Below, piece after piece: positions 29,557 through 39,480 of a DNA stretch of 64,000 nucleotides (within the stretch, counting starts at the first letter, position 1; the number at the start of each line of letters is the position of its first letter). The stretch comes from Thermoproteota archaeon. Lineage in GTDB: Archaea > Thermoproteota > Thermoprotei > Gearchaeales > Gearchaeaceae. The DNA lies in contig JAJPJK010000008.1 of the NCBI GenBank assembly GCA_021324265.1, forward strand, positions 33,041 to 97,040, written 5' to 3'. The notes beneath the pieces are model-generated. The model was not told the origin of the DNA. It worked only from the letters and a program-made list of their open reading frames with translations, and made no database searches. A program made the translations under genes and the position numbers.

Positions 29557-29989
29557 AAAATAAAATTATATGCAAGACAAATAATTTAGAGTCTAGATCT
29601 GCTTTCAATACCTTAATAAAGGTAGTCCTTTATTGAGACACACTCTTCGTAGCTGCGTTTATAGCCAGTATACCGAACATTAAGAAAAGCAGTTAACTAA
29701 AATTGTTTGCATAATAACTTGTACCAAAGCCATTATCCTGAGTCAGCCATCCAACTTAGCCTTAATCGCCCTTGCTAAAGATTCATTGAAGCATCTAACT
29801 AAAGCTTTTTCCTTCATAACTGAAAACGATTCGTACTTAGAAAATACATCAACTAACAAAAAGAGATGATGCTACAGTTTACAGAAACAATTTCCCCATG
29901 AATTTTTTAATTTTTTTAAAAATCTTCCCCTTTTTTTTGAAAAATAATAAAAAAATTTTTTTAAAAAAAGATAAAACAATTTTCACAGC

Positions 29990-30958
29990 ATGCAACTGGA
30001 ACGATTGCATGTTGGAAATGAAGTTAATTTGAATTATCAGGAGGGGGATATGATAATCGGATTGTTACAAGGAATTAAACCCGATGAAGAATTGATCCCT
30101 ATTTATAACCCCGTTTTAGGTATTTCCTATAAGATTAAAGGTATAGATTTAATGTTAGAACAACTCGAGGAGCTTGAGAATAGAGGTATACTTGAGCGTG
30201 TTGGTATAAAATCGTTTCCTATTTGTCCTTTCTGTAATACTTCGTTATTCAAGCCAAACATAGTATGCCCCTCATGTAAATCACCTTCTTTGATAAAATC
30301 TGAATTTTTAGTACATTACGAATGTAATTATATTGGGGAAATTTCTGAGTTTCAGAAAGAGACAAATATTTTTGTTTGTCCAAAATGTAATAGACAACTA
30401 AAAAGAGTAGGGATAGATTATGGCAGACCAGGTAAACTCTATAAATGCAAAAAATGTAATGAAATAAACCAATATCCTTTAATTGAACTTGAATGTACAA
30501 ACAACCACATATTTAAGATTGACGAGGCTGAAATGAGGCAGTATCCGATATATAAAGTATCCATTCAACGTAAAATACCCTTCATCACAGAAATATATGA
30601 AGAACTCAAAACTGCATTAAAATATTTTTCAGAAAATTTAACAATTAAATACTTAGAAAGCATAAAAATTGATGAGAATCAAATATATAACATTCCAATT
30701 TCAATAACCGAAAATAATAAAAAGATTAAAATTTTTATAGATTTTATACTAGATGAAAAGGATATCGATAAAAAAATAATAAATATATTTAAAACTATAT
30801 TAAAATTTGATGTGATATTTATCCTAGTTTTAAGAAGTGATCTTGTCGATACTGAGATATTTAATCCAAAGAAATTCACTGTTTTATATATCAAAAAAAT
30901 TGAAAAAAATGAAATTATTGCAAGGCTTCTAGGTGCTATATTTAACAAAATCATTTGA
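29990..30958 (+). CDS. Multi-zinc-ribbon protein, TackOD1-like, copy 2
   Basis: CPFC, CPSC, HYEC, CPKC..L..VGIDY, CKKC, CTNNH; paralog of 26515-27468. Confidence 0.75.
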   Translation: MQLERLHVGNEVNLNYQEGDMIIGLLQGIKPDEELIPIYNPVLGISYKIKGIDLMLEQLEELENRGILERVGIKSFPICPFCNTSLFKPNIVCPSCKSPSLIKSEFLVHYECNYIGEISEFQKETNIFVCPKCNRQLKRVGIDYGRPGKLYKCKKCNEINQYPLIELECTNNHIFKIDEAEMRQYPIYKVSIQRKIPFITEIYEELKTALKYFSENLTIKYLESIKIDENQIYNIPISITENNKKIKIFIDFILDEKDIDKKIINIFKTILKFDVIFILVLRSDLVDTEIFNPKKFTVLYIKKIEKNEIIARLLGAIFNKII

Positions 30959-32299
30959 ATGAAAAAGAAGTCTCTTTATTTTATTATTTTATTATTATTA
31001 ATATGCATACTTATTTTATTTAGTCTAAGGCCATTTATTATATTTCTAGCTTATTTTATTTTAATTATTTATACTTTTTGGGGAATATATCATATAGTTC
31101 TCTTAATTTTTGGATTAAGATCACCCTTCCAACCTAGATTAAATCCAATCTCGTACCCCAAAATTTCAGTAATAATACCTGCTAGGAATGAAATAGTTTT
31201 AGGAAGAACAATTGAAACAATACTTCATGATGTGAAGTACCCATTAGGAAAGAAAGAAATAATAGTTGTAACAGAGGATTCGTTATGTGAAAGAATTACT
31301 CTATGGTATCAACAAAAATATCCAGAAATTATAAAATTGTTAAAGAGGAAAGAATTCTTTCCCACGAAACCAAGCGCTCTTAATGATGCTTTTCAATTTG
31401 CTACAGGCGAGATTGTAGGAATTGTAGATGTTGAAGACATATTGGAAATAGATGCTTTTTATAAGATTGCATCTGCTATGAAAGGTCACGATATAGATAT
31501 AATTCAAGCAATACTAAGAGTATCCAACGAAAATGATAGTTGGATAACTAGGATTTTTTCAATGGAATATGCAGGTTGGTTTAGGATCATTCTCAATGGT
31601 AGAAGCAAAATGGACCTATTTACACCCTTAGGTGGAACAGGGAATTATTTTAAAAAGGAACTAGTCAAGTTTGTAGGAGGTTGGGATTCTCTTAATTTAA
31701 CAGAAGATGCAGAAATCACTGTGAGGTTCACATTATCAAAGAGGAAAGTCGTTGTATTAGATCTTAGACAATGGGAAGAAGCACCAGTAACTTTCAAAGC
31801 TTGGTTAAGGCAAAGGACAAGATGGTTTAGGGGTTGGATGCAAACATTTTGGAGCTACTTTAATCTCTTATTCAAGAGATGGGCAATCAAGAGAATAGGA
31901 TTCTTTAACATTCTGAGTATAATGATAATGCTTATTGCGCCATTTCTAGTTATACTTAATTGGGTTGCATACTCTTTAACAACCTTGTGGTTGTTAGAAT
32001 ATTTTAGGATATTACATACTAACGTAATGGCAGATACATTTCCTTTCTTCGCAATAGCTCCTACCTTATTTAATATTCTTTATTACTACATATGGCTAAA
32101 AGGAGCTAGTTTAGAAAAGATAGGAAAGAAAAATTACCTATACATTCCTCATATGATATTTTATATGAATGTTATGATGCCATTGGCAAGTCTAAGAGCC
32201 TTATACCAAGAAATAACAAAACCAATTTATTGGGATAAAACAGAGCATGATGGAAGAGGAGTTAAATGGATTACAGTGGTCGGTAAAACTAATCAATGA
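30959..32299 (+). CDS. Processive-type membrane GT2 glycosyltransferase, copy 2
   Basis: Same motifs as copy 1 (TKPSALN, DVED, TEDAE, QRTRW, WDKTEH); abuts the upstream gene. Confidence 0.88.
   Translation: MKKKSLYFIILLLLICILILFSLRPFIIFLAYFILIIYTFWGIYHIVLLIFGLRSPFQPRLNPISYPKISVIIPARNEIVLGRTIETILHDVKYPLGKKEIIVVTEDSLCERITLWYQQKYPEIIKLLKRKEFFPTKPSALNDAFQFATGEIVGIVDVEDILEIDAFYKIASAMKGHDIDIIQAILRVSNENDSWITRIFSMEYAGWFRIILNGRSKMDLFTPLGGTGNYFKKELVKFVGGWDSLNLTEDAEITVRFTLSKRKVVVLDLRQWEEAPVTFKAWLRQRTRWFRGWMQTFWSYFNLLFKRWAIKRIGFFNILSIMIMLIAPFLVILNWVAYSLTTLWLLEYFRILHTNVMADTFPFFAIAPTLFNILYYYIWLKGASLEKIGKKNYLYIPHMIFYMNVMMPLASLRALYQEITKPIYWDKTEHDGRGVKWITVVGKTNQ
31769..31830 (+). repeat. 62-bp tract, 61/62 identical to 28275-28336
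   Basis: Direct comparison. Confidence 0.85.
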
Positions 32300-32500
32300 T
32301 TACATTAAATTATTTCATTTATAATTAACTATACAAAAATAGGTGGCTAAAATTAAATTGGAATTTATAAATACCAAAAAATCTACATTATGTTTCGTAA
32401 TATACTATTACCATATTAAAGAATTCTTATTTAGATTTAAATCTTAGGTCTATATCTTATTTTCTAAAAGACTATAAAAAACTTGGAAATTTATAATATA

Positions 32501-33547
32501 TTAAAGTTCTGATAAAAAACTAAGAGATTGAGAGATGATTTCTATGCTTTTAAGAAAATCCTTTATTGAGACATGCTCTTCGTCGGTGTGTTCATATCTA
32601 GGATTTCCTGGACCGTATGAAATACAATTCAAGTTGAAATTCTTTGCAAAGTAATTCATATCTGAACTTCCGCTCTTAATCACTATTCTGGGTTTTCTTT
32701 TTAACATTTTGGCAATGGACTTTTTAAACGCAAAAACTAAAGGACTTGACTTATTTGCTAAAACAGGATCGCACTCTGAAAGCCATTCAATATTAATTAA
32801 CGAATTTTTTGATGTGATAATTTCCAATATTTTATTCTTTACATTCAGCGCATTAATACCTATAGGAATTCTAACGTCAACGATTGCTTTGCAAAAATCA
32901 GGAATTACATTATTCGCGATTCCACCTTCAATTAAAACAGGGTTTACCGTGATGGAATTAATACTTTTAGATACATCTATTTGATTTAATTCCTCTAACT
33001 TTTTTAAGAGATCTACAATTTCTTTTATTGCATTCATATCTTCTTTCGATGCATGGGCTTTTGAAGTTCTGCATGTTATCTTTAAGGCTACGCGGCCGCG
33101 ATAACCAATAACAACTCCATCAAGATTTGAAGGTTCGCCGAAAATTGCATAGTCAGATTTTAAAAGCTCTTTGTTTATTTTTAATATTCCGGGATTTTCG
33201 CTTTCTTCTCCGATGACGCATGCTATTTTCAGCTCAAGATTATAGTCCTTTTTTAAAGCTGCAAAAATCAAAGCTAATAGAGAAGTCTTAGCGTCTACAC
33301 TTCCTCTTGCAAAGATAATATCGTCTTCTTTTTTAAAGGGGATAATTCCAGGTACGGTATCAACATGACCACAAAGTAATACTTTTTTATATCCTTTCCC
33401 TATTCTAGCTATTAAATTTCCTTCGATTATTGTTGTTTCAATTCCAAATTCTGAAAATAAGTCCTTAAGAAAATCTATCGCTTTCTCTTCATTACCTGAA
33501 GGAGAATATATCTTCAAAAATTCTTCTAGTGTTTTAATAGGTTCCAT
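32501..33547 (-). CDS. lysK: LysW-lysine/ornithine hydrolase (M20 family)
   Basis: GHVDTVPG, RGSVDAK, GEE, GEPS, SDMN, HTDEEH. Likely start ATG 33547 (track: 33562). Confidence 0.88.
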   Translation of the reverse strand: MEPIKTLEEFLKIYSPSGNEEKAIDFLKDLFSEFGIETTIIEGNLIARIGKGYKKVLLCGHVDTVPGIIPFKKEDDIIFARGSVDAKTSLLALIFAALKKDYNLELKIACVIGEESENPGILKINKELLKSDYAIFGEPSNLDGVVIGYRGRVALKITCRTSKAHASKEDMNAIKEIVDLLKKLEELNQIDVSKSINSITVNPVLIEGGIANNVIPDFCKAIVDVRIPIGINALNVKNKILEIITSKNSLINIEWLSECDPVLANKSSPLVFAFKKSIAKMLKRKPRIVIKSGSSDMNYFAKNFNLNCISYGPGNPRYEHTDEEHVSIKDFLKSIEIISQSLSFLSEL

Positions 33548-34688
33548 TTGCAATCTTTTCAATTGCCTCTTTTATTTGCTCAATTCTTATATTCAAAGGT
33601 GGAAGAAATCTTAGAGTATTAGGCGCTGTATAACAACAAATTAAACCATTTTTCATTAATCTATTCAACGTATTTTTAACGTCGATTTTAAATTCAATAG
33701 CGACCATCAAGCCTTTCCCTCTAATCTCTTTAATCCCTTTGTTATCTAAGTTTCTTAATCCTTTAAGGAATTCTTCTCCCATAATTTTTGCATTTTCCCA
33801 TAGCTGATTATCAACTATGAATTTCAAAACATTCTTTGCTACCGCACAAACTAAAGGATTAGCACTAAACGTGCTTGTATGTTCTCCTGTCTTAAGTAAA
33901 TTGAACTCCTCTCTAGTTATAACACAACCTACTGGAAGACCGCCTGCCAATCCTTTACCAATGCATAAAATATCTGGAATAACTTTACTGTATTCAAAAC
34001 AAAAAAGTCTTCCTGTTCTCCCTAAACCTGTTTGAATTTCGTCGAGTACTAATATAATGCCCTTTTCATCGCAAATATCACGAATTGTTCTTAAATACTC
34101 CTCATCGGGAATTATTACTCCAGATTCTCCTTGTATCGGCTCAACTATTATAGCTCCGGTCTCTTCGTCTATTTTCTCCATTAAATCTTCAATATTGTTA
34201 TATTTAGCAAACTCGACATATTGCAAAAGTGGTTCAAAACTTTCTCTATATTTTTTCTTACCTGTTAAAGAAAGAGCACCAAAAGTTTTTCCATGATATG
34301 AGTTTTCCATGCTAATGATTTTCTTCTTCCCTTTTTTTCTGACCAATTTAATGGCGAGTTCAATAGCTTCAGAGCCACTGTTAGTCAAGAAACATCTACT
34401 TAATTCGCTGGGTAATACACTGAAGAGCAGTTCTAAAAATTCTGCCCTAACATCTAAATATAATGAAGAATGGCATGTGATTATTTTATTGATTTGTTCG
34501 ATTATTGCATTTTTTATGACTTCATGATTGTGTCCTAGCAAGGCAACACCATATCCGCACATGAAATCTAAATACTTCTTGCCCTCGATATCATAGACAT
34601 AGAATCCCTCACCTCTTTCAATAACTACAGGTAGCTTGTAGAAACTATTTAATTGATGCAAATCCTCAATTTCCCTATAATTTAACAT
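33534..34688 (-). CDS. lysJ: LysW-semialdehyde aminotransferase (class III PLP)
   Basis: NSGSEA, YHGKT, EPIQGE, DEIQTGLGRTG, GKGLAGG. Confidence 0.9.
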   Translation of the reverse strand: MLNYREIEDLHQLNSFYKLPVVIERGEGFYVYDIEGKKYLDFMCGYGVALLGHNHEVIKNAIIEQINKIITCHSSLYLDVRAEFLELLFSVLPSELSRCFLTNSGSEAIELAIKLVRKKGKKKIISMENSYHGKTFGALSLTGKKKYRESFEPLLQYVEFAKYNNIEDLMEKIDEETGAIIVEPIQGESGVIIPDEEYLRTIRDICDEKGIILVLDEIQTGLGRTGRLFCFEYSKVIPDILCIGKGLAGGLPVGCVITREEFNLLKTGEHTSTFSANPLVCAVAKNVLKFIVDNQLWENAKIMGEEFLKGLRNLDNKGIKEIRGKGLMVAIEFKIDVKNTLNRLMKNGLICCYTAPNTLRFLPPLNIRIEQIKEAIEKIANGTY

Positions 34689-35488
34689 GGTGTAAGGATT
34701 GTTTTCTTCGACATATACTCAAGATTGCTAAGATTGAGATCTTCAGCGAAACCATTAGCGATGATGACTTTTTTCGTGCCATTTCTTAGAGCTTGCATCG
34801 AAGCTAAAAGCTTCATCTTCATTCCCTGACCAATGCGTTCCATTATTTTCTCGATTTCATTAGCATCCAATTCTTCAATCAGCTTTCCATCAACATAAAC
34901 GCCATCTACATTTGTAAGGAAAATGAGATGATCAGCCTTCATGGCAGAGGCAATCGCAGATGCCATACGGTCGCTATCAACATTAAGCATTTCACCTTCA
35001 ATGCCTATGGCTACAGGTGAAACAATTGGAATGAAACCCCCTTCTATTAGCATATTGAAGACTTTCACATCAACATTTTTAATAACTCCAGTAAAGCCAC
35101 CTTCAATGAAAAACTTCCTATCACCTTCTTTGATGAGTAAGCGTTTCTTTCGTTCCGCCATTACACAAAGACCATCAATACCAGTAATGCAAAATGGCCT
35201 TAGCCCTTGTTTCAAAAGTTTAAGCGCTATTCTTTTGGAGATTAGACCACTCATGACCATTGAATAAACTTTTATTGTTTCTTCATCAGTATACCTGCTC
35301 TCAATACCTGAACTGGAAGTAACGAATTTTTGTCTTACTCCAAGTCTTTCAGCGATATACGTTACTTCATCTCCCCCTCCATGAATCAAAACAACAGGCT
35401 CAAGCTTCGCAACGTTGGCGATTTCTGCAAAGAGCATTTCATTGCTTCTTTCACCAACCAATTCACCTCCCAACTTTATTACCTTCAT
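34682..35488 (-). CDS. lysZ: LysW-aminoadipate/glutamate kinase
   Basis: VIKLGG, HGGG, SRYTD, NVDSD, GMKMK. Confidence 0.9.
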   Translation of the reverse strand: MKVIKLGGELVGERSNEMLFAEIANVAKLEPVVLIHGGGDEVTYIAERLGVRQKFVTSSSGIESRYTDEETIKVYSMVMSGLISKRIALKLLKQGLRPFCITGIDGLCVMAERKKRLLIKEGDRKFFIEGGFTGVIKNVDVKVFNMLIEGGFIPIVSPVAIGIEGEMLNVDSDRMASAIASAMKADHLIFLTNVDGVYVDGKLIEELDANEIEKIMERIGQGMKMKLLASMQALRNGTKKVIIANGFAEDLNLSNLEYMSKKTILTPC

Positions 35489-36528
35489 ATTGGGAATGGT
35501 GAAGAACTATACAAACCTTCTGCTTCATCAAAACCGAACATAATATTCATGCATTGAACAGCATTTCCCGCTGCACCTTTCACAAGATTATCAAGTGCCG
35601 ATATTAGAACCAATCTTCGATTAGACTCATCTATTTCGAAGCCTATGTCGCAGAAGTTCGAACCAATTAGATTCTTTGGATCAGGATAACGATAAATTCC
35701 CCTTTCTTCTCTCACTATTCTTATGAATTTTTCGTTGACGTAATATGTCCTATAGATTCTCCAAAGATCCTTTATCTCTACTTCTTTTTCAATGAAACAA
35801 TGTAGCGTAGCTAAAAGCCCGCGAACAATATCGACAGCATGAGCTGAAAGTGCTATCTTAGTTTTCTTTATCCTAGCCAGCTCTTGCTCAATTTCTGGCG
35901 TATGTCTATGATTAATTGGCTTGTAAGCCCTAATGCTATTAGCTCGCTGAGAGTGAATTGAGCTAAAAGAATTTTTTGAACCTGAACCAGAAGAACCCAT
36001 TTTCGAATCGATGATTACTGTGCTATCTACAATTCCTTCTTTCACCAAAGGATATAACGCTAAAATGGAAGAAGTTGCTATGCAACCAGGACATGATACG
36101 AGTTCTGCATCCTTGATCTCACTTCTATTAAGCTCGGGAAGGCCATAGACAGCTTTTTTTAAAATATCAGGATGAGGATGACTGAAGCCATAATATCTAA
36201 TGTAATCAGCTGGGTCCTTAAGCCTAAACATAGGAGTGAGATCGATTACCTTAAGCCCACGCTTAAGAAGCGCAGGGACTAACCTAAGTGAAGAATTGTA
36301 TGAAGATGAAACAAATGCGATATCACACTTCGAGGCCTTTTCGAGGTCATACCCTTCAAGCCTATAGTTGAATATTTTCCTGAGATTGGGATGTAATTGA
36401 TGCAGGAATTTTCCTTTGTGAGATTCAGAAGCTATCAAGGCTAGTTCAACTGAGCTGTGCTGAAGCAGAAGTCTTATTAGCTCGCCCGCAACATAGCCTG
36501 AGGCCCCGAAGATAGCTACTTTAACCAT
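35485..36528 (-). CDS. lysY: LysW-aminoadipyl/glutamyl-phosphate reductase
   Basis: GASGY, YGLPE, CPGC, GSSGSG, HRHTPEIEQEL, DNLVKGAAG. Confidence 0.92.
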   Translation of the reverse strand: MVKVAIFGASGYVAGELIRLLLQHSSVELALIASESHKGKFLHQLHPNLRKIFNYRLEGYDLEKASKCDIAFVSSSYNSSLRLVPALLKRGLKVIDLTPMFRLKDPADYIRYYGFSHPHPDILKKAVYGLPELNRSEIKDAELVSCPGCIATSSILALYPLVKEGIVDSTVIIDSKMGSSGSGSKNSFSSIHSQRANSIRAYKPINHRHTPEIEQELARIKKTKIALSAHAVDIVRGLLATLHCFIEKEVEIKDLWRIYRTYYVNEKFIRIVREERGIYRYPDPKNLIGSNFCDIGFEIDESNRRLVLISALDNLVKGAAGNAVQCMNIMFGFDEAEGLYSSSPFPI

Positions 36529-37360
36529 TCACAACGTACTCTATGATTTTTTCTGCAATATCGTGTGCTGTGCATGCCTGTGCGCCTTTAAATTCTGGCG
36601 TTGGATTTACATCATTGACCAAATAGCCTTCTTTGGATTCCATCACATCAATGCCGAATATACCCCCATTTAATGTCTTGGAAATTTTTTCTGCTAAACT
36701 TTTTAGTTCTTCATTCAATTCACAAGGCGTAGTTATTGCACCTTGAGCTACGTTCGTTGCCCAGACTCCTTCTTTAGAATTCCTGTATACACATGCTATA
36801 ATATCTTTTCCTGCAATAATCATGCGTATATCTCTAGGAGGTCTTTCAACTAGTTCTTGGACATAATATACATTGTTAGGGGGATGCATAATGTTATCGA
36901 ATAGATCTAAAATAGGCTTCATTTCTTGCTTGCTAAATATTGGCGTAACATATCTCCCCCAGCTGCCAACTAAAGGCTTTACCACGGCCCTAAAATCGAG
37001 CTTTTCTATCGCTTCCTCAGCTTTTTCCCTATCGAACGCTATATAAGTTCTAGGCGTTTTTATGCCTGCTTTATTCAGTAATAACGTTAAAAAGAGCTTA
37101 TTGCCAAGGATAGCAGAAACACTAAACTTATTCATGACTTTAAGGCCAACATCTTCTAGTATCTTTGAAGCATAAAGTCCATGATAATGACTTATGCATC
37201 TCTGAAGCACCAAGTCATAGTCATCGAACTGAATGCGAGATAAATCAAGTATAATTTCGTTCAGGTTCAATAAAATAGGCTTTAGCCCTTTTTTTAAAGC
37301 TGCATCTAATAATCTTTTCTCTTCCCACCTTGGTCTATCTATTAAGATTGCTATCTTCAA
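36521..37360 (-). CDS. lysX: LysX/ArgX ATP-grasp ligase
   Basis: RWEEK, KPLVGSWGR, RDIR, W.TNVA.G, PEFKG; adjacent to lysW. Confidence 0.88.
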   Translation of the reverse strand: MKIAILIDRPRWEEKRLLDAALKKGLKPILLNLNEIILDLSRIQFDDYDLVLQRCISHYHGLYASKILEDVGLKVMNKFSVSAILGNKLFLTLLLNKAGIKTPRTYIAFDREKAEEAIEKLDFRAVVKPLVGSWGRYVTPIFSKQEMKPILDLFDNIMHPPNNVYYVQELVERPPRDIRMIIAGKDIIACVYRNSKEGVWATNVAQGAITTPCELNEELKSLAEKISKTLNGGIFGIDVMESKEGYLVNDVNPTPEFKGAQACTAHDIAEKIIEYVVNG

Positions 37361-37361
37361 A

Positions 37362-37541
37362 CTACTCTCCCCAGTCTTCTTCTATCTTCTCAGCTTCCTT
37401 TATTATCACTCCCTTCTCAGTTACCTTAACGACCTCATATTCTGATCCGCACTCAGGACATGTTATAAGTTCACCTACTACTACGTCATCCTGAATCTCT
37501 ATATCAGCATCACAGAGTTCACACTTTACAAGCTTACTCAT
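37362..37541 (-). CDS. lysW: Amino-group carrier protein LysW
   Basis: CxxC..CPECG zinc ribbon and C-terminal EDWGE; start 37541 (or 37547). Confidence 0.96.
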   Translation of the reverse strand: MSKLVKCELCDADIEIQDDVVVGELITCPECGSEYEVVKVTEKGVIIKEAEKIEEDWGE

Positions 37542-38733
37542 CACCACCGCCGCTTTTCAAATTACTTAGAATAGTCGGCAAGCCCCAAATTTCAATGAAC
37601 CCTAGCGCGTTTTTCTGATCAAAGATTGACTTGAAGGAATAAGTGGCTATATTTAGATCATATCCTGAATATTGAGAACTCCTAGATACGATTCTATAGC
37701 CGCCTTTATAGAGCTTCAAAGTTACCTTACCAGTAGCGAAATCTTGAGTTGAATCGATGAAAGCTTCAAGATTTCTTCTTAGTGGATCAGCCCATAAACC
37801 TGCATACACAAGCCATGACCATTCTTTTTCCACAAGTTTTTTGAAGAAGAGCTGATTTCTGTTGAGAATAAGTTTCTCCAATTCTGAATGTGCTTCGATC
37901 AAACATGTCGCAGCAGGACACTCATATACCTCCCTAGACTTGAAGCCTATTGCTCTATCCTCCATATGATCTATTCTTCCTACTCCATTCTGACCAGCAA
38001 TGCTATTCAGCGTTACAATGAGGTCGCTTAGTTTCATTTTTTCACCATTAAGTTCTACAGGGATTCCCTTTTCGAAACCTATCGTTACGTATGTGCTTTT
38101 ATCCGGAGCTTTTTCTGGAGCCACTGTCCATTCAAAGTAATCCTCAAGTGGCTCTGCTGAAGGATCCTCCAAAATATCGCCTTCGATACTCCTACCCCAA
38201 AGATTTTCGTCTACACTCACTCTACTTCTAGAAGGTTTGAAATCAAAACCTTTAGCTTTAAGATATTCAAGTTCCTGGTCTCTATTCATGTTCCACTCCC
38301 TCACAGGTGCAATAATTTTAAGCTTAGGGTCAAGAGCCCTTATAGTAATATCGAACCTGATCTGATCATTCCCTTTACCTGTGCATCCATGGGCTACATA
38401 GCTCGCTCCTTCTTGCTTAGCAATTTTTACCAACCAAGAAGCTATCAATGGCCTTGCCAGCGCGGTGCTAAGTGGATATTTATCCTCATAGAGCCCATTT
38501 GCCTTGATACACTTAGATATGTATTTGTCAGCGAATTCATCTAAGGCATCTATAGTATAATGTTTTTTGGCCCCAAGTAGCTTTGATTTCTCTTCAATGT
38601 TTCCGAAATCCTCTTTTTGCCCTATCTTCAATGTTACGGTGATCACATCTAGGTCATATTTTTCCTGTAACCAGAGTACTGCAGTAGATGTATCGAGACC
38701 TCCAGAGAAGCCAAGTACAACCTTTTCTTTCAT
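37534..38733 (-). CDS. argG: Argininosuccinate synthase
   Basis: FSGGLDTS, STALARP, HGCTGKGNDQIRF, DENLWGRS, KSREVYE; start 38733 or 38745. Confidence 0.97.
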   Translation of the reverse strand: MKEKVVLGFSGGLDTSTAVLWLQEKYDLDVITVTLKIGQKEDFGNIEEKSKLLGAKKHYTIDALDEFADKYISKCIKANGLYEDKYPLSTALARPLIASWLVKIAKQEGASYVAHGCTGKGNDQIRFDITIRALDPKLKIIAPVREWNMNRDQELEYLKAKGFDFKPSRSRVSVDENLWGRSIEGDILEDPSAEPLEDYFEWTVAPEKAPDKSTYVTIGFEKGIPVELNGEKMKLSDLIVTLNSIAGQNGVGRIDHMEDRAIGFKSREVYECPAATCLIEAHSELEKLILNRNQLFFKKLVEKEWSWLVYAGLWADPLRRNLEAFIDSTQDFATGKVTLKLYKGGYRIVSRSSQYSGYDLNIATYSFKSIFDQKNALGFIEIWGLPTILSNLKSGGGDE

Positions 38734-38778
38734 AGGAAAAAGCATTTAAGGGTTATTATTTAAATATATTGACTGCTA

Positions 38779-39480
38779 ATGGCCAAGAAAAAGAATAAAA
38801 AACCAATTTTGGTCAAGAATAGCGTAACCGCACTCACAAGAGAGTTAGTAGAAAACGATACAGCCTTGAGCATGGTCTTGGCTGAAAACATCGTTAACAT
38901 AAGCGCTCTAGCTAGGAAATTGGAATCAACGATAAGTGCAAGGCTAGGTAAAAAAGTGAATGTTCAAGCAATAATTTCTGCACTAAAAAGAATAAGGGAA
39001 ACGTTAAAGATTGAGTTCGCTAAGAATATAGAAGTCTTAAAATTAAGCAGCCTAAGTGTCAGGACGGATTTGGCAAAGATTTCGATAAAAGCTAGAAAAG
39101 AAAACGCTGAAACTATGGCAAGGCTCATGCTGAAATTTAACGAATCTATAATGCAGATTTCTTGGAGCCCAACAGCCTATACAATTGTATTCGACGAATT
39201 CCTCATGCCATCTTTTACATCTCAGTTCAAGAATGAAGATTTGTTAGAAATGAAAAATGATCTTGCAGCAGTCATCATTCACAGTCCAGAAAAAATCATT
39301 GAAACACCAGGGTGTGTTTCTACAATTATCTCTAAGGTAGCATTAAGTGGAATAAACATTGAAGATGTCGTTTCTACTTATACCTATACTTTATTGCTTT
39401 TTAAAAGGGAAGATGCCTCAAGGGCTTTTCATGCATTAAACAATCTGATCTCTGAGCTTAGAAAGATGAGAAATGAGTAA
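38779..39480 (+). CDS. Archaeal HTH plus ACT domain protein, putative regulator
   Basis: NISALAR helix-turn-helix-like segment; C-terminal ACT (TPG...GINIEDVVSTY). Confidence 0.7.
   Translation: MAKKKNKKPILVKNSVTALTRELVENDTALSMVLAENIVNISALARKLESTISARLGKKVNVQAIISALKRIRETLKIEFAKNIEVLKLSSLSVRTDLAKISIKARKENAETMARLMLKFNESIMQISWSPTAYTIVFDEFLMPSFTSQFKNEDLLEMKNDLAAVIIHSPEKIIETPGCVSTIISKVALSGINIEDVVSTYTYTLLLFKREDASRAFHALNNLISELRKMRNE

Noticed and set aside
29557-29989. TPP riboswitch upstream of tenA
   Set aside because: The conserved CTGAGA...ACCTGA core is absent on the tenA strand.
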